Shown here in pieces: positions 41,410 to 52,256 of a stretch of DNA of 64,000 nucleotides. The position numbers and the translations under genes are program-made. This DNA comes from Schmidtea nova (Eukaryota). Where the stretch lies: assembly GCA_044892505.1 (NCBI GenBank), contig CM097884.1, positions 99,758,001 to 99,822,000 of the forward strand, written 5' to 3'. How positions within the stretch are numbered: the stretch's first letter is position 1; each line of letters begins with the position of its first letter. The notes beneath the pieces are model-generated. The model had not been told where the DNA came from, made no database searches, and saw only the letters and a program-made list of their open reading frames with translations.

Positions 41410-44400
41410 AACATTGCGAGCAGAACCCTAGTAGCAGAACCTATTCTGTGATGGTTTTTATGTGCAAAAGCTCATTACTTGAACATATTTCTAATAATAA
41501 ATATATTGTTACCTAATTTTCAATGTCCCTTATCATCATTTTAATGTAGCAGTTTAGCAAAACTTTCAATAATTGGTTGGTTAATAAAATGGTTGATTAT
41601 TAAATTGGTTGATTTTTGCAATATAAATACAACTTGTAAATAGTATTGATTGACGAAAATGAATAAAGAAACAAATAAAGTTAGTTTGAAAAATATATAT
41701 TTAAATTAATTATTTTAAAATAGGTTACAGATAATTTCATTACTTTGGACAATTGGATCCAATCATTTTTAATACTTGATGACCTTTTAACTTCGATTGA
41801 GAAATGCGATATCGACATTCTTTCAAAATTATTCAAATCCTTCAATAATAAATTAATTATTGGTTTAACAGAATCATTCGGATATGATAAATCCATGATG
41901 AAATTATCCAGTTTCATTATGATTTTTAATGATATCGATTCTACTGAATTCAATTTGAATACCATTTTCTGGTCATGTATGGAATTTCGACTTGGAAAAT
42001 ATCGTACTATTATTCGAACTTTCATGCTGAATGTGGATATTTTAGAGGTAAATGTAACCAAGAAATTGGAAGAAATCAAACAAAGATTTCTCACATGTTC
42101 AATATGTAATATAAATAGAGTTGGTATTTTATATTTACCTTGTGGACATGTCATTATTTGTTCAAAATGTTTAAACAATATTGATAAGTGTGAATCTTGT
42201 GGTATTAATATTGATGAATATCATGTGATATACATATAATGTCATACAAAATATATGTATTTTCATTTAATTTATTTTTATCATTGGCTAAGAGAATGCA
42301 CTTTGTGATTAATAATAATTAGTCTTTTTTGACATGTTGTCTTTGTTAACTTGGCTTGCAACTGCAATGTCTTTGTTAACTTGCATCTGTTTTGCAATGT
42401 CTTTGTTAATATTGCACATGAATTGCAGCGTCAAAATGGGTAGGAAAATTAATATATATATTACGTTGTGGTAGTTTAATTATTTTGACATCTTGAAGAT
42501 TTGAAAATATACACACACACATCTCAAATATCTTTCGCATGATATTTATATAGTTTTAAAAAATTTTGAACCCTTGAATATTTTTGAATATTTTTGAATA
42601 TTTTTTATTAACTTGCATGTATGTCTTTGTAAACTTGTATATGTATTGCAATGTCTTTGTTAACTTGCATCTGTATTGCAATGTCTTTGTTAACTTGCAT
42701 CTGTATTGCAATGTCTTTGTTAACTTGCATATGTATTGTTTTGGCATTACAATGTCTTTGTTTAAAAACTTGCATGTGTGTCTTTGTTAACCAGTATCTG
42801 TATTGCAATATCTTTGTTAAGATGTTTTGACATTACAATGTATTTGTTTAAAAAATTTTGAATCCNNNNNNNNNNNNNNNNNNNNNNNNNNNNNNNNNNN
42901 NNNNNNNNNNNNNNNNNNNNNNNNNNNNNNNNNNNNNNNNNNNNNNNNNNNNNNNNNNNNNNNNNNNNNNNNNNNNNNNNNNNNNNNNNNNNNNNNNNNN
43001 NNNNNNNNNNNNNNNNNNNNNNNNNNNNNNNNNNNNNNNNNNNNNNNNNNNNNNNNNNNNNNNNNNNNNNNNNNNNNNNNNNNNNNNNNNNNNNNNNNNN
43101 NNNNNNNNNNNNNNNNNNNNNNNNNNNNNNNNNNNNNNNNNNNNNNNNATTTGTTAACTAGTATCTACATTGCAATGTCTTTGTTAACTTGTATATGTAT
43201 TGCAATGTCTTTGTTAACTTGCATATGTATTGCAATGTCTTTGTTAACTTGCATCTGTATTGCAATGTCTTTGTTAGCATGTTGCTTACACTGCATGGGT
43301 ACTGTAATGTCTTTGTTAGTATGTTGCTTACAATGCATGGGTACTGTAATGTCTTTGTTAAGGTGTTTTGACAATGATATGTCTTTGTTTTATCAAATGA
43401 TGCTGAATGAAGTTGAATTGTAATTAATGTTCGAGTAATAAGCTTTGGCAGATAAAAACCATCACAAAAGATGTTCTGATAGTAAATGTTCTGCTAGTAA
43501 ATGTTCTTGTCTCTGTTTAGTTATTTTGGTATTGATATGTCTTTGTTTAGGTGTTTTGCAATGAAATGTCTTTGTTATGAAATTTGGCAATGAAATGTCT
43601 TTGTTATGAAATTTGGCAATGAAATGTCTTTGTTATGAAATTTGGCAATGAAATGTCTTTGTTTAGTTTTTTGGTAATGAATTGTCTTTGTTATGAAATT
43701 TTGCAATGAAATGTCTTTGTTTAGTTTTTTGGCATTTAAATGTCTTTGTTATGAAATTTGGCATTGAAATGTCTTTGTTATGAAATTTTGCAATGAAATG
43801 TCTTTGTTATGAAATTTTGCAATGAAATGTCTTTGTTATGAAATTTTGTAATGAAATGTCTTTGTTATGAAATTTGGCAATGAAATGTCTTTGTTTAGTT
43901 TTTGGCAATGAATTGTCTTTGTTATGAAATTTTGCAATGAAATGTCTTTGTTATGAAATTTGCTAATGAAATGTCTTTGTTTAGTTTTTTTTGGCATTGA
44001 AATGTCTTTGTTATGAAATTTGGCAATGAAATGTCTTTGTTATGAAATTTGGCAATGAAATGTCTTTGTTATGAAATTTTTCAATGAAATGTCTTTGTTT
44101 AGTTTTTTTTTGGCATTGAAATGTCTTTGTTATGAAATTTGGCATTGAAAAGTCTTTGTTATGAAATTTGGCATTGAAATGTCTTTGTTATGAAATTTGG
44201 CAATGAAATGTCTTTGTTATGAAATTTGGCAATGAAATGTCTTTGTTATGAAATTTTTCAATGAAATGTCTTTGTTTAGTTTTTTTTTGGCATTGAAATG
44301 TCTTTGTTATGAAATTTGGCATTGAAAAGTCTTTGTTATGAAATTTGGCATTGAAATGTCTTTGTTATGAAATTTTGCAATGAAATGTCTTTGTTTAGTT

Positions 44401-44712
44401 TTTTGGCATTGAAATGTCTTTGTTATGAAATTTTGCAATGAAATGTCTTTGTTTAGTTTTTTGGCATTGAAATGTCTTTGTTATGAAATTTGGCATTGTT
44501 GTGTCTTTGTTATGAAATTTGGCATCGAAATGTCTTTGTTATGAAATTTTCCAATGAAATGTCTTTGTTTAGTTTTTTTGGCATTGAAGTGTCTTTGTTA
44601 TGAAATTTTTCAATGAAATGTCTTTATTATGAAATTTGGCAAAGAAATGTCTTTGTTTACGTTGCATGTGGATTACAATGTCTTTGTTCATGTTGCACGC
44701 GTGTTGCAAAGT
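41410..44712 (+). repeat. Right arm of internal inverted repeat (about 3.3 kb)
   Basis: Mirror of 36013-39229. The arms are separated by a 2.2-kb AT-rich spacer (39230-41409). Confidence 0.9.
41659..42239 (+). CDS. IAP/Mdm2-type C-terminal RING protein (about 178 aa), copy 2
   Basis: ATG 41659, exon 1 MNKETNK, intron GTTAGT...AATAG (41680-41723), exon 2 in frame with ORF 41745..42239. TATAAATA at 41622-41629 and ATTGG boxes upstream. Confidence 0.8.
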
Positions 44713-45149
44713 CCTTGCACGTGTGTTGCAATGTCTTTGTTAACTTGCACGCATGTTGCAAAGTCTTTGTTTAGTTTGAAAGATAATAATAATAATTAAA
44801 TAACAACATTAGTAGCAGAACATTTAGTATCAGAACCCTGGAAGCAGAACATTGCGAGCAGAACCCTGGAAGCAGAACCTCTTCTGTGATGGTTTTGAAG
44901 TGCAAAAGCTTCATACTTGACAAATAATTAATTAAACATGCACACATATAAAAATGTCTTTGTTTAGTTTGCACACCTGTTGTAAATATTTTTGATGACT
45001 CTAATTTTGTCTTATAAAAAAAATTGACTAAAAGAAATTGGTGTTATAAAAAAAAAATTTGGGTTAAAAAATTTGTGTTAAAAAATTTGTGTTAAAAAAA
45101 AATTTCTAAAAAAATAATTTGGCGCGAAAAAAATTTTTGAAAAAAAAAA

Positions 45150-45339
45150 TATGACTCATCGATGACTCATCAAAAAAAAAGTATGACTCATCGATGACTC
45201 ATCGATGACTCATCGATGACTCATCGGTGACTCATCAAAAAAAATTCTACCCCCCCGGGGGGAGGGGGTCTTTGTTCTTTTTTTCCGCCCACGCATGAGT
45301 CATAATGTCTTTGTTCCCGGCTCCACACATCTACCTACT
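45150..45339 (-). repeat. Right TIR with ATGA(C/G)TCAT array
   Basis: About 130 bp nearly identical (inverted) to the left end, with about 8 TGA(C/G)TCA sites. Confidence 0.95.
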
Positions 45340-46153
45340 TTCGAAATTCATCTTTTCTATCATTACACCAAATAGTCTTAATCCAATCCTTAGTCAACTC
45401 CTCATTCATCCATCCATTTTCTTGTGCTTTAACAATCATACCAGCTGGCCAATGAATGTTCTTTGGTAAAAATTTTCTTTTAAAAATTACATAAGGCGGC
45501 ATCTTCTTTCCGTCACCATAAGCTCCCAACATAACTGTAAACCGATTCTTTTCGTTGCCTGTAGTTTTAATAGGTACGGACTTGACTCCTTTGAAATCCA
45601 ATGTCTGAAATGAAGGTATATCAAAACTTAGTGGAGTCTGATCCCCATTTGCTATGCAACTAATTGGATATTCATGCCTTTTCCTTAAATTTATTATATA
45701 TTTCTGATAGTCGAGCAGCTTATTTTCTACATCATCCGGCAGTCGCTGTGCAATCGAAGTCCTTCTTCTTATAGAAATATCATTCCTTTTCATGAAGAGC
45801 TGGCACCAGCGCGCCGAGGCTTTAAATATTGAACCAGGATACATCTCCTTGACTAACTCTAAAGCCTTCAATCTAACTTCTACAGTGGATATTGAGGAAC
45901 CTGAAAATCGCCTTTCATGAACATATTCAACTAATTTTTTCTCCACGTCAGGAAAAAATAATTTTCTCCCTCTGCCAGGGGCCTTTGTAGAGGATCTGCA
46001 CTCTTTTAAAGTATTTTTATTTTTTCTCCAATGCCTTACATTAGCTTCACTGAGTCCATATTCTCTAGATGCTCCTCTATTTCCGATACGTTCGGCTGCT
46101 TCAATTACCTTCAATTTGAAACCTGTCGTATAACTGCAGCGTTTTGAAGACAT
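45340..46153 (-). CDS. pogo transposase, N-terminal half (Brinker DBD, CENP-B HTH, first catalytic D)
   Basis: YTTGFKLKVIEAA, FKASARWCQLFMKRNDISIRRRT, ANGDQTPL. Ends at the TSD (KDEFR). Confidence 0.95.
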
Positions 46154-48084
46154 TATAGGGAAATAAAAATTTGAATTTAAGTAACTGAAATTTTAATTTT
46201 AAACAAAAAATAAATTTAATAATAAATTTAATGTAATACTTATATTAAGGTAATAATTATACATGCGTCTTATATTTGGGTTACTTATATTTTCTTGAAT
46301 TCAGTCAATTTTTAATGATGCGTCTTATATTGGATGCGTCTTATATTCGGATAATTACGGTAATTAAAATTAATTAATCGCTCAATGGGAAACCCGAGGC
46401 AATGGGAAACCCGAGCGCAGTAGATACCCGAGAGATCAAAGTCGGGAGATTGCGCAAGGCAATTAAGGAAAAGCCACTCGAGCGCAATCACAATAATTTG
46501 TTATTAAAACAATTAAGCCGAGATTGGGTATAAAAGGCAGCGCAAAGCAGAGGACGAGCCGACGAGCTGAGAGTTAAAAACAGAAAGTATTAAAAATTAC
46601 TTAAAACAAAGAAAGAGAAAGATCTTGAGAAATTCAAAAGAGATAAAGTGAGGAAAATATTTTATAACTAGAGAATCAAATCCGAATATGGAAGAGAGCG
46701 CAAATTGGTCAGGAGTGTACGTAACAGAAGTTGTAATTTGTGGTGATCGTTAAATAAATTGTTCTATGATGGGTTCATTGATTTCGATAATTAAAGAACA
46801 CGAGGAGTCAGGTCAGTAAACCGATCCTAAACAGAATAATAACCCAACAGTGCTTATCTAAGAAATTTTAGAATTTTTTCCTTCATTTTCCGTTTATAAT
46901 AAATTTGAATGGTAGTTTATTTAAATATTACTACTGGCTGATCTTGGTGATAAATAACGCACCGAAGGCACTCATAGTGACCTACATTCATAATGTATAT
47001 ATTATAGCTACGAACTTTAAAGTGTTGTAGTGAAACTGCCACGCTAATTTATTGATTTTTTATTAATAATATTATATTGGTATTCGTTTTTAAAAATACA
47101 TTTTCGGGAAATGGATTCTGATGGCTTTACTCCTTAATTTAGATAAATTCATAGTTTGGCTTGGTTAATTCAACTGTCTGGGAATTATTCTCTTCCACCA
47201 TCATTTCTTCTCAGGTGGGTCTCTCACTACAGGCGTACACTTTAATTTACTGACTTGCTAAGCTCCATTTCCCAAGCTGATTTGTTAGATCAGTTTTATT
47301 TTATGTCGCGCTTTCTCGGGAAGTCTTAAACTTCGGTAATTTTGTTAACCGATCAGAGGAAAGGTTTAGTATAATAATGATATTGGGGGCAGCTCAGTTG
47401 AACTTCACTCCAAAGCACGTATCTTATATAATAAAGTATCTTATATAATACTGGTTGAACATCAGCCTAATACTTAGATACAAATTATGGATAATTCTCT
47501 CATTATCGGTCTTGAATTTATGTTGGCTCCTAAATTGGGGTTACTTCATTAATTAGGCTCATGAAACGAGCTGAAAAGATGACTCAGAAAGCTTTTCTTA
47601 ATGGGTAGTTGTGATTATGTACTATTGATTTAAACACTTTCTCCGTTACTACACAGGGTTGCCCTCACATTCCGCTCGGTAGGACCTATTTACTATGGGG
47701 TTACCCATTTCTTCAGGGAAATTGTTTGCCAGCCTCAGTCGCTCATTATAAATTCTTCTATTGACCACAAAAAACTATCATGCCAATGTATTGGCTTTCG
47801 AATCATCTTTGAATTGGGTCAAATGTCGTTGAATTTAATTTTTGAATAAAGACCTTGCATGTGATTGATTTGAATCACTATCGAAATCTTAACATAAAAA
47901 GTCAAAGGATCTAAAACATTTAATCAACAATAAAAATGTATACCGTACAATAGAATTGTCTAGGACAAACTGGCTACATCAATGAACAAAAATGGTCACC
48001 GGTCAGAGCATAACCAACTGCGGTCGAAAATAAATGGTGAACACTTACCTAAAGTTACGTGCATAAAGATTCTGTGAAGTAAAT

Positions 48085-48592
48085 TGTAGTGCCTTAGATT
48101 ATAAACTTTTCTTTTTTAATTAATTTATTTATTAAATAATTATTGAATGGAAGATTTAAATGACTTTGTTTTAATATTTACTTTTTTGCACCTTTTTTTC
48201 AAATAAATCCAACATGGTTCAACAAGAACTAATACAATTTCTTCCAATCAACATGAATCGATTTTTCCAATATCAGCAATCAATGATGTCGCCAAACATT
48301 GTCATAATGCCGTTATTGAATCCATCAGAAACCACTCAAACTGCTGCGTCGCAATCTAATCAAATGTTGGCTCGAACCGATCAATCTAACAATCCAATTT
48401 CATATCTCGCTGGGCCACATGCATTTTTCAGCATGTCAAGTAGTGGATCAAAACAAACTGCACAACGAGTCATGACGCTGGATCTATAATCAATAAAAAT
48501 CAACGGGCTAGGCTGTCAAAGATGCCATCAATGTCAATTCTGAATATATATTATTTTCATCAGGCTTATTTCAAATTGATTGTTTTCCTACA
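48085..48592 (+). repeat. 5' LTR of a Gypsy retrotransposon
   Basis: TGTAG...CTACA termini, immediately followed by a primer-binding site. Confidence 0.75.
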
Positions 48593-48594
48593 AT

Positions 48595-48608
48595 TGGTGT
48601 CGGAAGTG
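48595..48608 (+). promoter_or_regulatory. Primer-binding site (tRNA-Leu-like)
   Basis: TGGTGTCGGAAGTG two bases after the LTR; complementary to a tRNA-Leu-type 3' end (CACTTCTGACACCA) with one wobble pair. Confidence 0.7.
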
Positions 48609-49079
48609 ACAAACGTAAGTTTCATATCTTTATAATGTAAATGTTTAACTTTGTCATTTATATCTTTCATTCATAAAATATTTATAATGTTTTTTTGCAA
48701 TTGTATTGAAATTTTTAAAAGCAATTTTCATTTTCTAATATTTAAAATTAATAAAGCAGTTTCGCCTACCTTTTCAAATCTCATTTACCCCCAAAACGAC
48801 ACCCTCAAAAATTTGAATTCGCCAAGCCCATCTTCAATGGCAAACAAAAATTTTAACATCACCGTACGCCACAACAACATTCTACACACAGTAAAAATTA
48901 CCTCGACATATTTCTTTAGGGACATAAAACATTATTCTCAATAGAAAACAACGATTTCTATATCTCAAATAACGGAGTTACTATCACAGATCCTCTTTCA
49001 GTTCCAATAAATTCAATAATCGCAGTCTTTGTACAGGCAAGAGGCGGTTCCAAAACAATCAATGTCCATAACATTTCCA

Positions 49080-50469
49080 CAGCCATAGGCCGCACTCAAC
49101 TGATTTTCTTAGATGACGACGGCACCCCTTCATCTTGGTTCCGAATTTTTGAGGCACGCATTAAAGCCATTCCCAAATCCAGACAAGATCTTCTCTTAGA
49201 TGCAATACCCGACGAGTTAATGTCAGAATTAGGCTCACAAATAGCTGACGCGTTAGACTCAGAAACCCCATACAAATCAATCAACGGGGTCATACTAAAA
49301 GTATATTTACCCACGCGCAGTTCAGCGATCGAAAAGTTATCAAAACCCACCCCATACGCCGGCCAAGCCCCATCATCATTTTTATCGCAACTAGTACGTG
49401 AACTCGAGGCAGCCCACGCTGGTCTATCGAAAAACACTACTGTCATATGTCATCATTTTTTAACAGCTCTCCCACATCACGTACAGTCGGCCCTCTTCGT
49501 CGTCGATTCCGATGATCCATTTTATCTAGCAAAAATTGCTGATAATTTGGCCACAGGACCATCTGTCCGAAACGTACCAACTACCATCGCATCAGTTTCT
49601 GACCCTTCAATACAGGAACAGATATCTTCGAAACTGTCGATGCGATACTCAAATCATCTCAACCAAATGCACGCCCCCGAAGAAGCGACAAGTCGAATTC
49701 TTTTTCCCTTATGACTTGTTTTTTTCACGAGAAATTCTCTTCCAAAGCCAGAACATGTCATATCGGATGTTCATGGCCAAACCCCCTTTCCACTTTGAGA
49801 ATCATTCCTATTTGCGTCTATCACAACATTTTCGGTTTACACGCACAAAAATGCTTTGCAGGTTGCACTTTTGTAATCCATCACTCAAATAAATCAAATG
49901 ACAAATATTATTCCAATTCTTCACAAAAAAACTAGCTCTGCTGTCTGTCAACCCTGGATTTTCAGGCGGCGTCCTTGCAATCAACAATATCTGCACTGCT
50001 GAAGCAAACTTCGATTCCAGCTCATCTATTCATTTTCTCGTCGATTCCGGCTCGTCATTTTCAATCCTTCCAACAACTTTCACACCGAATTTCAAATATC
50101 CGTTCACTGTATTAGTCGCCAACAGCACACCAATTCAATTTTTGGGAACAAAAAACTTTCATTCACAATACTAACATTAGACTCAACTTTTACTCACATT
50201 TTCCACATATCAGACACGATCCACCCAATACTAGGCTCCGATTTCTTATGCAAACAATCCATCATGGTAGATTCCAAAAACCGCAGGTTGTTCACTCGAA
50301 AACAAAACATCGACTATACATCAAAAGATATCATCGTCAAATGTAGCATCAGTCTCTATCCAGACATCACCAGGGACACAACTAAACTCGATTCAACAGA
50401 TTTCCACGACGGAAAGCACTCAACACACATTGGATATCAACCAATCAGCCAATCCAGATACAATGCACC
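49080..50469 (+). pseudogene. Gypsy gag-protease, decayed, truncated by the Polinton insertion
   Basis: SSWFRIFEARI...AIPDELMSEL, HHFLTALPHHVQ, knuckle CFFHEKFSSKARTCHIGC, aspartic protease FLVDSGSSFSILP (about 50030-50070). Confidence 0.85.
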
Positions 50470-50529
50470 AGTAGTAGGATGTGAGCGCATCAGATATAGG
50501 TCAAGACCCCCCCCTAGAAAAAATTTTTT

Positions 50530-51545
50530 TTTTATGTAGGTCGATTTAAGGTCAAATTTTTTATGTAGGTCGATTTAAGGTCAAATTTTTCGCTTAAGGA
50601 CACTTTAAGGACACTTTAAGGTCAAAAAAGTAGGTCAAGGTCGTTTTAAGGACATTTTAAGGTGAATTTAAGGTCAAATTTATGGTTTAAGGACACTTTA
50701 AGGACAATAAAGTAGGTCAAGGTTGTTTTAAGGACAATATAAGGTCAAAAAGTAGGTCGATTTAAGGCCACGATAAGGACAAAATAAGTAGGTCAAATAT
50801 TTTAAGGTGAATTTAAGGTTAAAATAAGTAGGTCAAATTTAATTTTCAAATTTTTTCTATGTCAGAAAAAAGTAGGTCAAATATTTTAAAGTTGCTATGA
50901 CAACGAATAAGTAGGTCAACTTAATTTTTTCAAAATTTGATAGTTGCTATGACAACGAATAAAGTAGGTCAATAATAATTTTGAAAATTTTTCTATGTCA
51001 GAAAAAAGTAGGTCAAATATAAAAAACTTGAAAATTATTCTATGTCAGAATTAAGTAGGTCAAATATAAATACTTGAAAATTTTTCTATGTCAGAAATAA
51101 GTAGGTCAACTTTATTTTTCTCAAAAATTTTTCTATGTCAGAATAAAGTAGGTCGATTTAGGGTCATGATGAGGACAAATTAAGTAGGTCAATAATAATT
51201 TTTAAAATTTTTCAATTAAAGTAGGTCAATAATTTTCAAATATTTCTAAGTTCGAATTAAGTAGGTTAATAATTTCTGTATATGGCTATCTTACGTGTCT
51301 GTATGTTTTTAATAAGGATAATAGTATGCATTGAACGCGCGTTTCACGCGCGTTCTTCTCCTGTTATTGTTTAAGGCAAATAACAGTACTCATTGAACGC
51401 GCGTGAAACGCGCGTTCTGCTTCTCTTGTTGTTTAAAATAAATAACAGTACGAATTTTCTAAGTCAGAAAAAAGTAGGTCAACTAGATAATTTTCTATGT
51501 CAGAATTATGTAGGTCAAATATAAAAACTTTAAAATTATTCTATG
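50530..51545 (+). repeat. Polinton subterminal repeat array (AAGTAGGTCA, TTTAAGG[T/A]CA)
   Basis: About a dozen exact AAGTAGGTCA copies spaced about 40 bp apart, plus variants. Two GC-rich hairpins at 51333-51355 and 51395-51417. Confidence 0.9.
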
Positions 51546-51839
51546 TTAAAAANNNNNNNNNNNNNNNNNNNNNNNNNNNNNNNNNNNNNNNNNNNNNNNN
51601 NNNNNNNNNNNNNNNNNNNNNNNNNNNNNNNNNNNNNNNNNNNNNNNNNNNNNNNNNNNNNNNNNNNNNNNNNNNNNNNNNNNNNNNNNNNNNNNNNNNN
51701 NNNNNNNNNNNNNNNNNNNNNNNNNNNNNNNNNNNNNNNNNNNNNNNNNNNNNNNNNNNNNNNNNNNNNNNNNNNNNNNNNNNNAAACTACAATCCAAAT
51801 TACTAAAATTTATTGAATATAACATTTATAAAATAATAT

Positions 51840-52256
51840 TTATGTATATCGTGCACTGTCGATTCTCCAAATTGGAGTTATAACATCTTTGGTATCGATT
51901 TTATAACCCTGAATGATTATGGTAATAAACCAATTTTCTTGATCCTTGTATTCGATAGATTGGAAAGCATCATGGAAACGGGTTTTTCGATTGTTGATCC
52001 ATATAGTTTCCTTGCAGCTTAAATTGTTATTGATTTTGAATAAAACTTTATTTAGTGCAACAACATCTTCTTTACTTAGATTTGCGGCTAAATTATCATA
52101 CAATGACTTTGTTAATTTAACTGGATACGATAAACGAAATGGTATTTCTTGAACCAGGAAATAAATTTTGTAATCGTAATACATTTGTACTGGTTTCACT
52201 TCATTATTGATTTTTCTTTCTTCACTGATGTCATAAGTTGATTTACGTGCTGGCAT
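51840..52256 (-). CDS. Polinton accessory protein, 138 aa, possible OB-fold ssDNA-binding protein
   Basis: Intact ORF. The C-terminal pattern WFITIIIQGYKIDTKDVITPIWRIDSARY suggests beta-strands of viral SSBs. Function is inference. Confidence 0.55.
   Translation of the reverse strand: MPARKSTYDISEERKINNEVKPVQMYYDYKIYFLVQEIPFRLSYPVKLTKSLYDNLAANLSKEDVVALNKVLFKINNNLSCKETIWINNRKTRFHDAFQSIEYKDQENWFITIIIQGYKIDTKDVITPIWRIDSARYT

Larger units (their letters stand above)
34218..45339. mobile_element. Non-autonomous Polinton/Maverick-type element (11,122 bp) with internal giant palindrome
   Basis: Perfect 6-bp TSD TTCGAA (34212-34217 / 45340-45345). TIRs begin AGTAGGTAGATGTGTGGAGCCGGGAACAAAGAC. No integrase, polymerase or capsid ORF inside. 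Confidence 0.85.
33517..46360 (-). mobile_element. pogo-superfamily (DD35D, POGK/Passer-like) transposon of 1716 bp, interrupted by the 11.1-kb insertion
   Basis: TIRs CCGTAATTATCC(A/G)AATATAAGACGC at 33517 and 46360, with TA TSDs. Confidence 0.95.

Noticed and set aside
38461-42178. 165-aa ORFs 38461..38958 (+) and 41681..42178 (-)
   Set aside because: Antisense shadows of the RING gene with no recognisable motif.
34218-45339. Foldback element of the MULE, Galileo or hAT class
   Set aside because: The TSD is exactly 6 bp (confirmed by in-frame restoration of the pogo ORF) and the ends resemble the neighbouring Polinton. Those classes make 7-9-bp TSDs.
46365-47850. LTR-like or retroelement-like sequence (TATAAAAGG, GC-richer patches)
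   Set aside because: No paired LTR, PBS or translatable retroelement motif that I can support.
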